DNA of 63,266 nucleotides from an uncultured Candidatus Saccharibacteria bacterium (GCA_964565825.1 CAZMGK010000005.1:1-63266); one strand, 5' to 3'; counted from the stretch's first letter, positions 14,734 to 24,681 are shown. Numbers and translations are program-made. The notes: generated from the sequence alone by a model not told the origin.

Positions 14734-14793
14734 AAACGGAGCATTGACTTATTCTATTTTGTTCGGTATAGTCTGAGGAAACAAAATAGAATA

Positions 14794-15285
14794 ATGAATT
14801 ACAAAATTGAACCCCGAAAATGGTTATCCAACCAACTAGAAACGCAAGCTGCCGCTTTCGTAGAAACAAAGGAAAATGGATTCAGGCTCTTTAAAGATGG
14901 AGTCATTGAAAAGGACATCGTGCATGTCTCATGCTTGGCTCTTCCAACTGGAGGACTAAAAATTCAACTCTTCCCTCTCAATGTTCCAAATGAAATAAGA
15001 ATGATGAACCCGGAAGTCTATATCTATCCTACAGGAAAAATTTCTGTCGTAACAAGTGAAAAAACACACGTACCTCCAGAGCTCTTTGGAAAGTACTGGT
15101 CTTTCAGTCCGTTTGGATTCTTGAAAACAATTGTTGAAGTGGAAAAAGCTTTTCTGACAAAGAATCCTGCTTATGTACCTTGGGCAGAAAACTTATTTTT
15201 TCAACGAGGTCTGACGCATTTCCCTGTCACAGCAAAACTATCCCATGCTGAAATGTACTACTATTTTGGATCAAAAGTTTTCTAA
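14794..15285 (+). CDS. Hypothetical protein (163 aa)
   Basis: Clean ORF followed by a terminator, with no recognisable family. Confidence 0.55.
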   Translation: MNYKIEPRKWLSNQLETQAAAFVETKENGFRLFKDGVIEKDIVHVSCLALPTGGLKIQLFPLNVPNEIRMMNPEVYIYPTGKISVVTSEKTHVPPELFGKYWSFSPFGFLKTIVEVEKAFLTKNPAYVPWAENLFFQRGLTHFPVTAKLSHAEMYYYFGSKVF

Positions 15286-15313
15286 AAAAGAACAAACCGT
15301 TTTAAAATAAATG

Positions 15314-15342
15314 CAGTCATCCAAGTGGTGGCTGTTTTTTTT
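15314..15342 (+). terminator. Rho-independent terminator (+ strand specific)
   Basis: cagtcatcc-aagt-ggtggctg (G-U pairs only in the + sense) followed by tttttttt. Confidence 0.7.
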
Positions 15343-15343
15343 G

Positions 15344-15416
15344 TGCGCGATAGAGGATTCGAACCTCTGACATCGTCAACGTCAATGACGCGCTCTACCA
15401 ACTGAGCTAACCGCGC
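15344..15416 (-). tRNA. tRNA-Val(GAC), CCA not encoded
   Basis: GCGCGGT-TA-GCTC-AGTTGGTA-GAGC-G-CGTCA-TTGACGT-TGACG-ATGTC-AGAGG-TTCGAAT-CCTCT-ATCGCGC-A. Confidence 0.9.
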
Positions 15417-15499
15417 ATGTATTTATTTTTCAACTTAATTTGAACTTATCTTTACGCCAATCACACGCCTACCAAGACAGCTAACCGCGTATGTATTTT
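15417..15499 (-). pseudogene. Degenerate tRNA-Val 5' fragment with a duplicated 5' flank
   Basis: 15466..15490 reads (minus sense) ACGCGGTTAGCTGTCTTGGTAGGCG, against GCGCGGTTAGCTCAGTTGGTAGAGCG in the tRNA. The upstream AAATACAT is also shared. The 5' ends are 74 nt apart. Confidence 0.55.
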
Positions 15500-15513
15500 A
15501 TTAAAAAAATCCT

Positions 15514-15585
15514 CTGGATTCCGGATCGAGTACCCCAGGGTATACTCTCTTGCTTCGCAATTCACCTCATCCGGAATGACAAACA
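15514..15585 (+). repeat. ccggaat-box repeat, copy B3
   Basis: ctggattccggatcgagtaccccagggtatactctcttgcttcgcaattcacctcatccggaatgacaaaca. Confidence 0.7.
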
Positions 15586-15607
15586 CAATATACCAAAAAA
15601 TTCTATT

Positions 15608-16636
15608 TTACACAAAAACTGGTTCTGGTTCGATATGAACACCAAATTTCTCAAACACTTCTTTTTGCATATATCCTATGAGCTCGGTGAGCTCTTTTTT
15701 TGTCGCTCCACCATTGTTTACCAACACAAGAGCATTTTTGTCATAAATGGAAAGATGTCCGAATTGCTTACCTTTCAAACCAAGTGTATCAATGAGCCAG
15801 CCAGCACCGATTTTAGACTTACCATCACCGACATCATGTATCACAGCATTTGGATACGCTTCTTTAATTTTTTCTGCAACACTTGTCTCTACAATTGGGT
15901 TTTTGAAAAATGAACCACACGAAGCAACATCTCTAGGATCAGGAAGTTTAGCCCATCGTATTTCTGCAATTGCATTTCTGATATCCATAAGCGTTGGGTC
16001 TTGTATGTGCTTCTTTTCAAAATATTCTTTCACTCCGGGATAGTTTGGAATCTCTGGTTTTTCGTCGCCCAATTTTTTAAGTTTAAATGTCACCGCTAAA
16101 ATAATATAGCGGTTTTTTTGTTTCTTAAAGATAGAATCACGATATGAAAAATCACAGTCACTTTTTTGCAGTACGACTTCAGTATTCTCTTGTGTGTCAT
16201 AACACGCAACTTGCACAATAGTCGTTGCAACTTCTCCTCCATAGGCGCCGACATTTTGGACCGGTGTTCCACCTACACTTCCAGGGATAGCTGAGAGCAT
16301 TTCAAGACCAGAGAAATTGTGTTCGATAGTATACAACACAAAATCATCCCATGAAACTCCAGCACTGACATTGAGCACAACAGATTCAGTATCTTCAGAC
16401 TCGGTCCAGATACCTGTATTTACTATTTTTATTACCACTCTATTTAAGGTGCCGTTATCAGGAAAAATGACATTTGAACCACCACCGAGAATGATGTATG
16501 GGAGGTTACGCGCGCGAGCGAATGCGAGCGCGCTTGGGATATCCTTTGAGTTGTCTATGGTGATTAAATACGCCACAATACCACCCATATTAAATGTGGT
16601 ACGGCCTTTGATATCAACATGTTCCTCTATGATCAT
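15608..16636 (-). CDS. murB: UDP-N-acetylenolpyruvoylglucosamine reductase
   Basis: FAD-binding N-terminus (TTFNMGG...ILGGGSN), a MurB C-terminal domain and typical length. Confidence 0.9.
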   Translation of the reverse strand: MIIEEHVDIKGRTTFNMGGIVAYLITIDNSKDIPSALAFARARNLPYIILGGGSNVIFPDNGTLNRVVIKIVNTGIWTESEDTESVVLNVSAGVSWDDFVLYTIEHNFSGLEMLSAIPGSVGGTPVQNVGAYGGEVATTIVQVACYDTQENTEVVLQKSDCDFSYRDSIFKKQKNRYIILAVTFKLKKLGDEKPEIPNYPGVKEYFEKKHIQDPTLMDIRNAIAEIRWAKLPDPRDVASCGSFFKNPIVETSVAEKIKEAYPNAVIHDVGDGKSKIGAGWLIDTLGLKGKQFGHLSIYDKNALVLVNNGGATKKELTELIGYMQKEVFEKFGVHIEPEPVFV

Positions 16637-16672
16637 ATTGCAAGTATAGCATATATGCTATATACTCTACAA
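16637..16672. promoter_or_regulatory. Back-to-back divergent -10 boxes for murB and HTH-murA with an 18-nt palindrome
   Basis: Minus strand: TGCTATACT (16643..16651) + 6 nt + ATG at 16636. Plus strand: TATACT (16661..16666) + 6 nt + ATG at 16673. The palindrome tatagcatatatgctata spans 16645..16662. Confidence 0.6.
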
Positions 16673-18208
16673 ATGAAAAAAATGAACAAAACAGTGAGCC
16701 CAAAAACAGACCAACGCAAAATCGGCTCTTTTATTAAAAGACTTCGTACAGAAGAAGGCTTTACACAAGCGGACTTTGCCGAGGCTCTAGGGACCACTCA
16801 GAGTGCTATTGCCCGCATGGAAACAGGCAACCAAAACATGACTCTTGAACAATTAGAAAAAATAGGAAGCATCCTCGAGCGAAATGTGATTTCCCTTTCC
16901 GAAACAACTGACCTCAAAATAACCGGCGGTCAAAAACTCAAAGGAAGTATCACAACAAATACTTCAAAAAATGGTGCGATCAACATGCTCGTGGCAACAC
17001 TCATCAATACGGGTAAAACCACACTCCACAATGTACCAAAAGTGCAAGAAGTATTTCGCTATATAGAACTCCTCGAGAGTATAGGCGTCACTATTGTATG
17101 GAAAAGTGACAGCACTCTCGAAGTAACTGTCCCTAAAAAATTGAGTATTGAAAAAATTGATGCTGTTGTCGCAAATAAAATCCGTTCATTTACCTTTCTT
17201 GGAGGACTCATTCACCATTCATCACACTTTTCATTTCCCCACTCTGGTGGATGTAAAATGGGTGCACGAACAATCGCCTCACACAAATTTGGTTTAGAAA
17301 AACTTGGAGTCGCTATTGAAACAAAAGATGCTGAGTATATTATCACTCACAAAAAACTCAAACCAAGTGACATTGTTATGTATGAATCTTCGGACACGGG
17401 AGCAATTACACTTATTATTGCTGCAGCTCGTATTGCTGGCACCACAGTCATTAAATTTGCTCCACCAAACTACCAAGTCCAAGATGTCTGCCACCTCCTC
17501 CAAAATATGGGCGTGCAAATAGATGGTATCGGCACGACGACACTCACGGTGCATGGAAAAGAAACCATCTCTGGAAATTTCACCGGGTATGTGAGTGAAG
17601 ACCCTATTGAAAGTATGTTCTTTATCGCAGCAGCAATCGTCACAGATTCAACTCTCACCGTAGAGCGTGTACCAATAGAATTTATCGAACTTGAAATGGA
17701 AAAACTTTTACAAATGGGACTCAAATTTAAAATTTCAGAACCATATCTCGGCAACAATGGTTTTATCAAACTCGTAGATATCACCGTTATGCCTTCAAAA
17801 CTCACATCAGTGTCTGAAAAAATCCACACACAACCATTTCCAGGAATCCAAAATGACAACCTTCCTTTCTTTGTGCCTATTTGTTTAAAAGCAGAAGGTA
17901 AAACACTTATTCACGACTGGACTTGGGAAAACAGAGCGATCTATTTTATGGAACTCAATCACTTGGGCGCAGGACTCACACTTCTCGATCCGCACCGAGT
18001 GCTCGTTGATGGTCCACAAAAACTCAAAGGTGCGCAGATCATCTGTCCACCAGCGCTTCGCCCATCTGCATCTATCCTCATCGCCATGCTCGGCGCCGAA
18101 GGTGTTTCAACGCTCCGCAATGTCTACTCTATCACTCGTGGATACGAAGACGTCGCAGAGCGTCTCAATAGTATTGGGGCAAAGATAGAAGTGTTAAAAG
18201 GAATTTAG
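16673..18208 (+). CDS. murA: XRE-type HTH domain fused to UDP-N-acetylglucosamine 1-carboxyvinyltransferase
   Basis: N-terminus reads IKRLRTEEGFTQADFAEALGTTQSAIARMETGNQN (HTH_XRE). MurA follows: SKNGAINMLVATL, GGCKMGAR with the Cys, and a C-terminal ITRGYEDVAERLNSIGAKIE. Confidence 0.85.
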   Translation: MKKMNKTVSPKTDQRKIGSFIKRLRTEEGFTQADFAEALGTTQSAIARMETGNQNMTLEQLEKIGSILERNVISLSETTDLKITGGQKLKGSITTNTSKNGAINMLVATLINTGKTTLHNVPKVQEVFRYIELLESIGVTIVWKSDSTLEVTVPKKLSIEKIDAVVANKIRSFTFLGGLIHHSSHFSFPHSGGCKMGARTIASHKFGLEKLGVAIETKDAEYIITHKKLKPSDIVMYESSDTGAITLIIAAARIAGTTVIKFAPPNYQVQDVCHLLQNMGVQIDGIGTTTLTVHGKETISGNFTGYVSEDPIESMFFIAAAIVTDSTLTVERVPIEFIELEMEKLLQMGLKFKISEPYLGNNGFIKLVDITVMPSKLTSVSEKIHTQPFPGIQNDNLPFFVPICLKAEGKTLIHDWTWENRAIYFMELNHLGAGLTLLDPHRVLVDGPQKLKGAQIICPPALRPSASILIAMLGAEGVSTLRNVYSITRGYEDVAERLNSIGAKIEVLKGI

Positions 18209-18210
18209 AC

Positions 18211-18338
18211 TACCTCACCCCCAGCCCTCTCCTGGCAAGGAGAGGGAGCAACACAGCGGAAGCCTATGGCTTCCGCTGTGTTGCTGTATTTTGGTCTGTC
18301 CTCCTCCCCTAGTCAGGAGAGGAGCTAGAGGTGAGGTT
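18211..18338 (+). other. GC-rich nested multi-hairpin region including the murA terminator (18247..18285)
   Basis: acctcac (18212..18218) pairs with gtgaggt (18331..18337) and encloses three hairpins. These are ccctctcc/ggagaggg, the 18-bp agcaacacagcggaagcc/ggcttccgctgtgttgct followed by a T-run, and ctcctc/gaggag. Confidence 0.55.
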
Positions 18339-18387
18339 GTTGTATTGTGTATTTCCCGAATATTCACAAAAATGCTAAATTAAACTT

Positions 18388-19425
18388 ATGGAACAAAATC
18401 CTTTCGACAAACCAGAATCAAAAAAACAGGAACAACCGGTTGAACAATCTCCCCTTTCTGGACAAGAAAAAAACAGAGAAAGTATCGAAGATTTTTTGAA
18501 AAAATCTGGGCTTGAACATGTCCCACACATTAAAACAAATTTTTTCTTCAATCAACACGCTACAGCAGAGGACGGTAAGATGGTCGCTGATAGATTACAT
18601 GATAAGGACATATTTATCCAAGAAAACGTTGGATGGGATGATGAGCGTTTAGCTACTTGGCGAAAAGTAGTAAGTGGTGAATTCACCGCTGAGCAAGCAA
18701 TCGAACACGAAAAATCTCGGAATAAGGCATTCTTTTGGGCAGATTATTTTAAAACAATTTTTGAAAAAATCCACGGAACAGGCAAAGAAGTTTTGCTTGT
18801 CGATGTAAAAAACGATTCTGAACTATATCAAGATATATATGATTTACTGAAGGTAGATGGTGTATATTGGAATATACTTGATAGATCAAAAACATACGAT
18901 GAAGTCATAGAGCATATAGGTGATGCATCACAACTAGAATCAATTACACAAGAAGAACGAGAAAATAAGATACTAAAAAATATAAAACAGAATTTGCTTG
19001 AACTTCTCAAAAATAAGCCTGAATTGCAAAACACAGAAGAGTTAAATATATTATTTTCAATGGGATCATTCCATACACGGCTTTATCATGAAATGAAAAG
19101 AGATGGAAATAATGTTACTCGTGAGCATCAATCTATGCCCTATACATTTTCACCTCGGTATGAAGTTGAACGTATGATACATTTCAAAGGTATAGAAAAA
19201 GCTGAATCCTCTATGTCAAAGGTCCTACTTTATCTACTCTTGGGCAAGACAGGTATTTTCCCACTTGATAAAATGACAAATGAACAACAGCATATGGTAA
19301 TAAATAAGTTTAACTCAGAAGGACAAATTAAAGAATTATATGAAAAATACAGACAATCAGAATCGGATGAACAATTCCAAAAAGAAATTAATGCTTGGGT
19401 GTTTGAGCAGTATAGTAAAAAATAA
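18388..19425 (+). CDS. Hypothetical protein (345 aa)
   Basis: Long ORF ending 1 nt before the tsaD start, with no recognisable family. Confidence 0.6.
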   Translation: MEQNPFDKPESKKQEQPVEQSPLSGQEKNRESIEDFLKKSGLEHVPHIKTNFFFNQHATAEDGKMVADRLHDKDIFIQENVGWDDERLATWRKVVSGEFTAEQAIEHEKSRNKAFFWADYFKTIFEKIHGTGKEVLLVDVKNDSELYQDIYDLLKVDGVYWNILDRSKTYDEVIEHIGDASQLESITQEERENKILKNIKQNLLELLKNKPELQNTEELNILFSMGSFHTRLYHEMKRDGNNVTREHQSMPYTFSPRYEVERMIHFKGIEKAESSMSKVLLYLLLGKTGIFPLDKMTNEQQHMVINKFNSEGQIKELYEKYRQSESDEQFQKEINAWVFEQYSKK

Positions 19426-19426
19426 C

Positions 19427-20617
19427 ATGAAAATCCTAGCGATAGAAAGCAGTTGTGATGATACATCCATCGCATTCATAGAAGTAAATGAAGTGACACA
19501 AGTTGTGACAGTACTTTCACATATCACGTCATCACAAGCAGACCTCCATACGCAATATGGAGGAGTATTTCCAATGATCGCAAAGCGTGAGCATGCAAAA
19601 AATATTGTTCCACTTTTAAAACAAGTGTTGATTGAAAGTAATGAATACACTGAAACACCACAAACTATTGATGCAAAATTGATCACCGACATTCCAATGA
19701 TCGACGTTGGCATGGCACAAGATCTCTGTAGCTTTTTGCAAAATGCTGAAATACCAAAGATAGACTACATCTGTGTCACATACGGACCAGGACTTGAAAT
19801 GTCTCTCTGGGTTGGTGTTAATTTTGCAACGGCATTATCAAACGTATGGAGTCTTCCACTCGTTCCAGTCAACCATATGGAAGGTCATATTTACTCTATT
19901 TCTGCGAATGGACAAAAAGAGTTTCCCCTTCATCAGTTCACCTACCCGTACCTATCACTCCTCATCTCTGGAGGCCACACACAGCTCGTACTGGCGCCAA
20001 ATAAAGACGAATACAAGATCATCGGAAATACCAAAGATGATGCGGTCGGTGAGGCTTTTGATAAAGTCGCACGTATGATTGACCTTCCGTACCCAGGTGG
20101 ACCAGCTATTTCAAAAATTGCAAAAAGTGCACGCGAACAAGGACTCACTTCTTGGGTCACCCTTCCCCGCCCAATGATGCACAGTAGTGATATGGATTTT
20201 TCTTTTTCTGGAATCAAAACAGCAGTTATGTACGCTATAGAAAAAAAGGTAGCCGAAAGTGGACCACTTACTGAACAAGACAAAATGGTGCTCGCCATGG
20301 AATTTGAAAATGCCGTAACAGAAGTGATCGTAAAAAAATTATTTAAAGCAGTTGATGAATATCAAATAGAAGAAATCTCTGTCGCTGGTGGAGTTGCAGC
20401 AAATACGTATATTCAAGAACAGATAAAAAAACATATTGGAAAAGAGGGATATGGTGTTCGTGTGTTTTTCCCTGACCGAAGTGTCACTGGAGATAATGCG
20501 CTCATGATCGCTCTTGTTGGATATAAAAATATTCAAGAAATAATTTCAGAAAATAAAAAAACCCCCGTCGCTATAAAAGCAAACGGGAGCTTGGCTTTGT
20601 CGTTGGGTGACAAATAA
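19427..20617 (+). CDS. tsaD: tRNA N6-adenosine threonylcarbamoyltransferase
   Basis: MKILAIESSCDDTSIAF..., HMEGH and a Kae1/Gcp-family layout. Start moved to 19427. Confidence 0.9.
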   Translation: MKILAIESSCDDTSIAFIEVNEVTQVVTVLSHITSSQADLHTQYGGVFPMIAKREHAKNIVPLLKQVLIESNEYTETPQTIDAKLITDIPMIDVGMAQDLCSFLQNAEIPKIDYICVTYGPGLEMSLWVGVNFATALSNVWSLPLVPVNHMEGHIYSISANGQKEFPLHQFTYPYLSLLISGGHTQLVLAPNKDEYKIIGNTKDDAVGEAFDKVARMIDLPYPGGPAISKIAKSAREQGLTSWVTLPRPMMHSSDMDFSFSGIKTAVMYAIEKKVAESGPLTEQDKMVLAMEFENAVTEVIVKKLFKAVDEYQIEEISVAGGVAANTYIQEQIKKHIGKEGYGVRVFFPDRSVTGDNALMIALVGYKNIQEIISENKKTPVAIKANGSLALSLGDK

Positions 20618-20624
20618 TTCAAAA

Positions 20625-21050
20625 CTACGCAGTACGTTTCTGACGAATAACTTCAAGGGCCTGTTTAGTAATCTGAGTCAGTGGATGGTCTGTTCCTTCT
20701 TTTAAAAGAATGTGTAGGTCAATATATCGTGCATCAACTACTCCTGGTTGTTTCTTAATAAAGTAGGTATCGACAGGTTCTTTGAGAGCATACACAGTTG
20801 AGCTCGTTTTTTCATCAGTAAAATTACCAACAAGATCACCTATTTTTACCAAAGAATGGTATAGAAATTTTCTTTTCAAAATTAGCTTAGGACTAGAGTT
20901 ATCCTCGTTTTTTAAACCAGGCAATGAACAAAAGACTCCTTTGCCTTTAATGTTTTTAAATACAACGAGAATTTGATTCTTTTTCATTGAAGAAAACTGA
21001 ACAATTTCTTTTTGTTTTGCGATCGGCTGAGGCTGAGTAATAATAGACAT
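20625..21050 (-). CDS. Hypothetical protein (141 aa)
   Basis: ORF convergent with tsaD, with no recognisable family. Confidence 0.5.
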   Translation of the reverse strand: MSIITQPQPIAKQKEIVQFSSMKKNQILVVFKNIKGKGVFCSLPGLKNEDNSSPKLILKRKFLYHSLVKIGDLVGNFTDEKTSSTVYALKEPVDTYFIKKQPGVVDARYIDLHILLKEGTDHPLTQITKQALEVIRQKRTA

Positions 21051-21159
21051 AGATTTTGTTTTAAAAGTAAAAAATTTAAATTCCTAAACAATATAGTACA
21101 AAAAAAGAGAAAAGTCAAAGTATTCCTATTGTTGCATAATCTTGCTATAATTTCCCCAT

Positions 21160-23415
21160 ATGGAAGATGCTCCAAAAGCAAAAAAATATGCAGACAGCAA
21201 AGATATTCCGGAAAAATTCCTTGCTCCGTATAATCCTGCCGAAACTGAGAAACGAATAAACGCCCTCTGGGAAGAGAGCGGTTTTTATAATCCTGATGTG
21301 TGTATAGAGCGTGGAGTCACAAAATCTGATGCGGAACCTTTTACCATCATTATGCCTCCCCCAAATGTGACTGGAGTTCTTCATATGGGGCATGCACTGA
21401 TGATCACTCTTGAAGATATTATGATTCGCTACAAACGAATGCAAGGTTTCCGAACACTCTGGCTCCCTGGTACTGACCATGCAGCAATTGCAACACAATC
21501 AAAAGTAGAAAAAGAAATTCAAAAGAAAGAAGGAAAATCTCGCCATGATCTCGGACGAGAAGAACTCTTGAGTCGTATCAACGCATTTGCAAAAGAAAGT
21601 CATGACACGATTGTTTCTCAAATAAAAGTGATGGGAGCTTCTTGCGACTGGTCACGTGAAGCATTTACACTCGATGAACAGAGAAACTTTTCTGTAAATA
21701 CTATGTTCAAAAAAATGTACGATGATGGACTCATCTATCGTGGACACCGTATCGTCAACTGGGATCCAAAAGGACAGACGACTATCGCTGATGATGAAAT
21801 CGTGCACGAGGAACGTAAAGCAAAAATGTATACGTTCAAATACAGCAAAGACTTCCCTATTTCTATATCTACAACACGCCCTGAAACAAAAATAGGAGAC
21901 GTGGCAGTCGCAGTGCATCCAGAAGATCCTCGCTACAGTGAATACGTTGGTAAAACATACGAAATCGCAGATTTTTGCGGAGTCCCACTTTCTATTACTA
22001 TTATCGCTGACCTTGCCGTAGAAAAAGATTTTGGAACAGGTGCACTTGGGGTCACACCAGCACACTCTATGACTGACTGGGAAATAGCTGATAGACACAA
22101 TCTCTCTCGCCCACAAGTCATCAATGAATATGCAAAAATGATGGTAGGTGACGAACGTCTCATGGGAAAGAAAACAACCGACGCAAAAGAAGCAATCGTA
22201 GAATGGCTTCGAAGTGAAGGACTCTTGGAAAATGAAATTGAAATATCACAAAATGTCAGTACCGCCGAGCGAACTGGTGGTATTGTAGAACCGCTTCCAA
22301 AACTTCAGTGGTTTATTAATGTAAATAAAAAATTCACACTTCCTCATTCAGTAATACAAGGAATACAAAGCGGGACCGAGACAACACTCAAAGAAATTAT
22401 GCGAAAGTCTGTTGAAGGAAACCAGATCACAATCGTACCTGACTATTTTTCAAAAACATATTTTAACTGGATAGATAATCTGCGTGATTGGTGTATCAGT
22501 AGACAGATCTGGTACGGACACCGTGTACCAGTGTGGTACAGAGACACTGAGACCTATTGTGGTGTGACAAAACCAGAGGGTGACGGATGGACACAAGACG
22601 AAGACACGCTCGATACGTGGTTCTCTTCTGGTATGTGGACTTTTTCTACGCTCGGCTGGCCAGAAAAAACAGAAGACCTCAAAATATATCACCCAACAAA
22701 TGTTCTTGAAACAGGCTACGAAATAATCTTTTTCTGGGTTGCTCGCATGATCATGATGTCCGGCTATGCACTCGGTGAAGTTCCTTTTGATACTGTGTAT
22801 TTCCACGGAACCGTTCGTGATGGACAAGGACGCAAAATGTCAAAATCACTCGGAAATGGTATTGATCCTCTCGAAGTCGCCGAGAAATTTGGAGCAGATG
22901 CAGGACGCATGGCACTTATCATAGGAACTGCTCCAGGTACTGATAGTAAAATCGACGAAAATAAGATTAAAGGCTACAAAAATTTTGCAAATAAAATCTG
23001 GAATATTACACGTTTTACGCTTAGTAGTATTCCTGATGATTTTGATACCAAAAATCCAGCAACACATATCACGAGCGAAACAGACCAAGCATACATTGCA
23101 GAACTTCACACATTGATTCAAGAAATCACCAAAGAAATGAACGAGTATAAATTCCATATCGTATCAGAGAAAATATATAACTACATTTGGCATACATTTG
23201 CTGATAAGATAGTTGAAGATGTTAAAACAAGATTACAAAGTGACGATGTGTCTGATAAGATTTCTGCACAATATACAACATACTATATTCTTGAAAACTG
23301 CTTAAAATTATTACATCCATTCATGCCTTTTGTTACAGAAGAAATCTGGGGACTTTTGCCGAATACAGACGACAAAAAATTACTCATGGTAACAACATGG
23401 CCTACGCATGACTAA
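21160..23415 (+). CDS. valS: Valine--tRNA ligase (short form, 751 aa)
   Basis: PPPNVTGVLHMGHAL, WLPGTDHAAIATQ and KMSKSLGN motifs. The usual long C-terminal coiled coil is absent. Confidence 0.9.
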   Translation: MEDAPKAKKYADSKDIPEKFLAPYNPAETEKRINALWEESGFYNPDVCIERGVTKSDAEPFTIIMPPPNVTGVLHMGHALMITLEDIMIRYKRMQGFRTLWLPGTDHAAIATQSKVEKEIQKKEGKSRHDLGREELLSRINAFAKESHDTIVSQIKVMGASCDWSREAFTLDEQRNFSVNTMFKKMYDDGLIYRGHRIVNWDPKGQTTIADDEIVHEERKAKMYTFKYSKDFPISISTTRPETKIGDVAVAVHPEDPRYSEYVGKTYEIADFCGVPLSITIIADLAVEKDFGTGALGVTPAHSMTDWEIADRHNLSRPQVINEYAKMMVGDERLMGKKTTDAKEAIVEWLRSEGLLENEIEISQNVSTAERTGGIVEPLPKLQWFINVNKKFTLPHSVIQGIQSGTETTLKEIMRKSVEGNQITIVPDYFSKTYFNWIDNLRDWCISRQIWYGHRVPVWYRDTETYCGVTKPEGDGWTQDEDTLDTWFSSGMWTFSTLGWPEKTEDLKIYHPTNVLETGYEIIFFWVARMIMMSGYALGEVPFDTVYFHGTVRDGQGRKMSKSLGNGIDPLEVAEKFGADAGRMALIIGTAPGTDSKIDENKIKGYKNFANKIWNITRFTLSSIPDDFDTKNPATHITSETDQAYIAELHTLIQEITKEMNEYKFHIVSEKIYNYIWHTFADKIVEDVKTRLQSDDVSDKISAQYTTYYILENCLKLLHPFMPFVTEEIWGLLPNTDDKKLLMVTTWPTHD

Positions 23416-24148
23416 TCCACTTTTTGAAAGTTTTTCTCTTCAGTCAGTTTTCACTTTTATTAAAGCATTTTGCATTGGAACAATACCCTCCATAATCTGG
23501 CTCATGTTTTGGCTGAGAGAAGATTCTGAGAAACCAGAACCGCGAAAACTTCTTCTTATTACATTTATTTTAGGGATGTTTGGTGTGCTCTTGGTTATCC
23601 CTCTCCAAAAAATAGTCAGTACTCTTTTTGTAAATCAGCAAATCCTCGTTGTGGTTTGGGCCTTTATCGAAGAAGCAGTTAAATGCCTGCTCGTTATTTT
23701 AGTAGTACGTCCAACATTTGAAATAGAGCAACCTATTGATTATGCAATATATCTTATTGTCGGAGGACTAGGATTCGCTGCACTCGAGAATACACTCTAC
23801 ATACTGAAACCTGTCTTACTCAAAGATAATGTCGTTGTCTTTCTGACAGGTAATCTCAGGTTCATGGGTTCAACCCTTTTACACGCTACAGCATCTGGTT
23901 TGGTGGGAATTGTCATTGGTCTGTCATTTTTTCAAAACAAACAAATAAAGTACCTCAGTGCTGGTATCGGACTTATCCTTGCAACCTTATTGCATAGTAC
24001 GTTTAATTTTTTTATAATGAAAGGAGAAGGAAAATCAACATTACAAATTTTTATCTTTCTATGGGTTTTTACGACCATCATTATTCTCTTGTTTGAAAAA
24101 TTAAGAAGAATGAGTGGTGAGTACGACCCAAGAGAAGAAGAGTACTAA
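23408..24148 (+). CDS. PrsW-family intramembrane protease
   Basis: FIEEAVK, GFAALEN and HATASGLVG motifs within a multi-TM protein. Confidence 0.75.
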   Translation: MTNPLFESFSLQSVFTFIKAFCIGTIPSIIWLMFWLREDSEKPEPRKLLLITFILGMFGVLLVIPLQKIVSTLFVNQQILVVVWAFIEEAVKCLLVILVVRPTFEIEQPIDYAIYLIVGGLGFAALENTLYILKPVLLKDNVVVFLTGNLRFMGSTLLHATASGLVGIVIGLSFFQNKQIKYLSAGIGLILATLLHSTFNFFIMKGEGKSTLQIFIFLWVFTTIIILLFEKLRRMSGEYDPREEEY

Positions 24149-24153
24149 ATTAT

Positions 24154-24666
24154 ATGCCACAAAAAAAATCGCTATTCCAAAAACTCAAAAAAAGTCTCCA
24201 GTTTGATGATGAGTTTTTTGATGAGGAAGATGTTCTGGAAAACGTGAGTAAAACAAATCCTCAGTCATCATACTTAAAAAAAATTGAGTACACGGATTCA
24301 GATGAAAAGGATAGTTTTCAAAATACAGAGGAAGTGTGTGGTGAACTTTCAGTGGATGTGTATGAATTAGATCAACACGTTATGATCCAAGCAATGATCG
24401 CTGGTGTAAAACCAGAAAGTTTGGAAGTAATCATCGGCCGTGACAATGTCACTATTCGAGGCAAGCGTGAAGATATGCGTAAAATCAATGACGATCAATT
24501 TTTTATTCGAGAACTCTATTGGGGTGCATTTGCACGAACTATCGCCCTCTCGCAAGAAATTGACCCCGACCTCGCTGAAGCGTCAGAAAAATACGGGCTC
24601 CTCACTCTTAAACTTCCAAAAATAGACAAAAACAAACGTGCGACAATTAAGGTAAAATCTATATAA
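24154..24666 (+). CDS. Hsp20/alpha-crystallin family protein
   Basis: Alpha-crystallin domain LSVDVYELDQHVMIQAMIAGVKPESLEV...GLLTLKLPK. Confidence 0.85.
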   Translation: MPQKKSLFQKLKKSLQFDDEFFDEEDVLENVSKTNPQSSYLKKIEYTDSDEKDSFQNTEEVCGELSVDVYELDQHVMIQAMIAGVKPESLEVIIGRDNVTIRGKREDMRKINDDQFFIRELYWGAFARTIALSQEIDPDLAEASEKYGLLTLKLPKIDKNKRATIKVKSI

Positions 24667-24681
24667 ATCACAATACAAATC

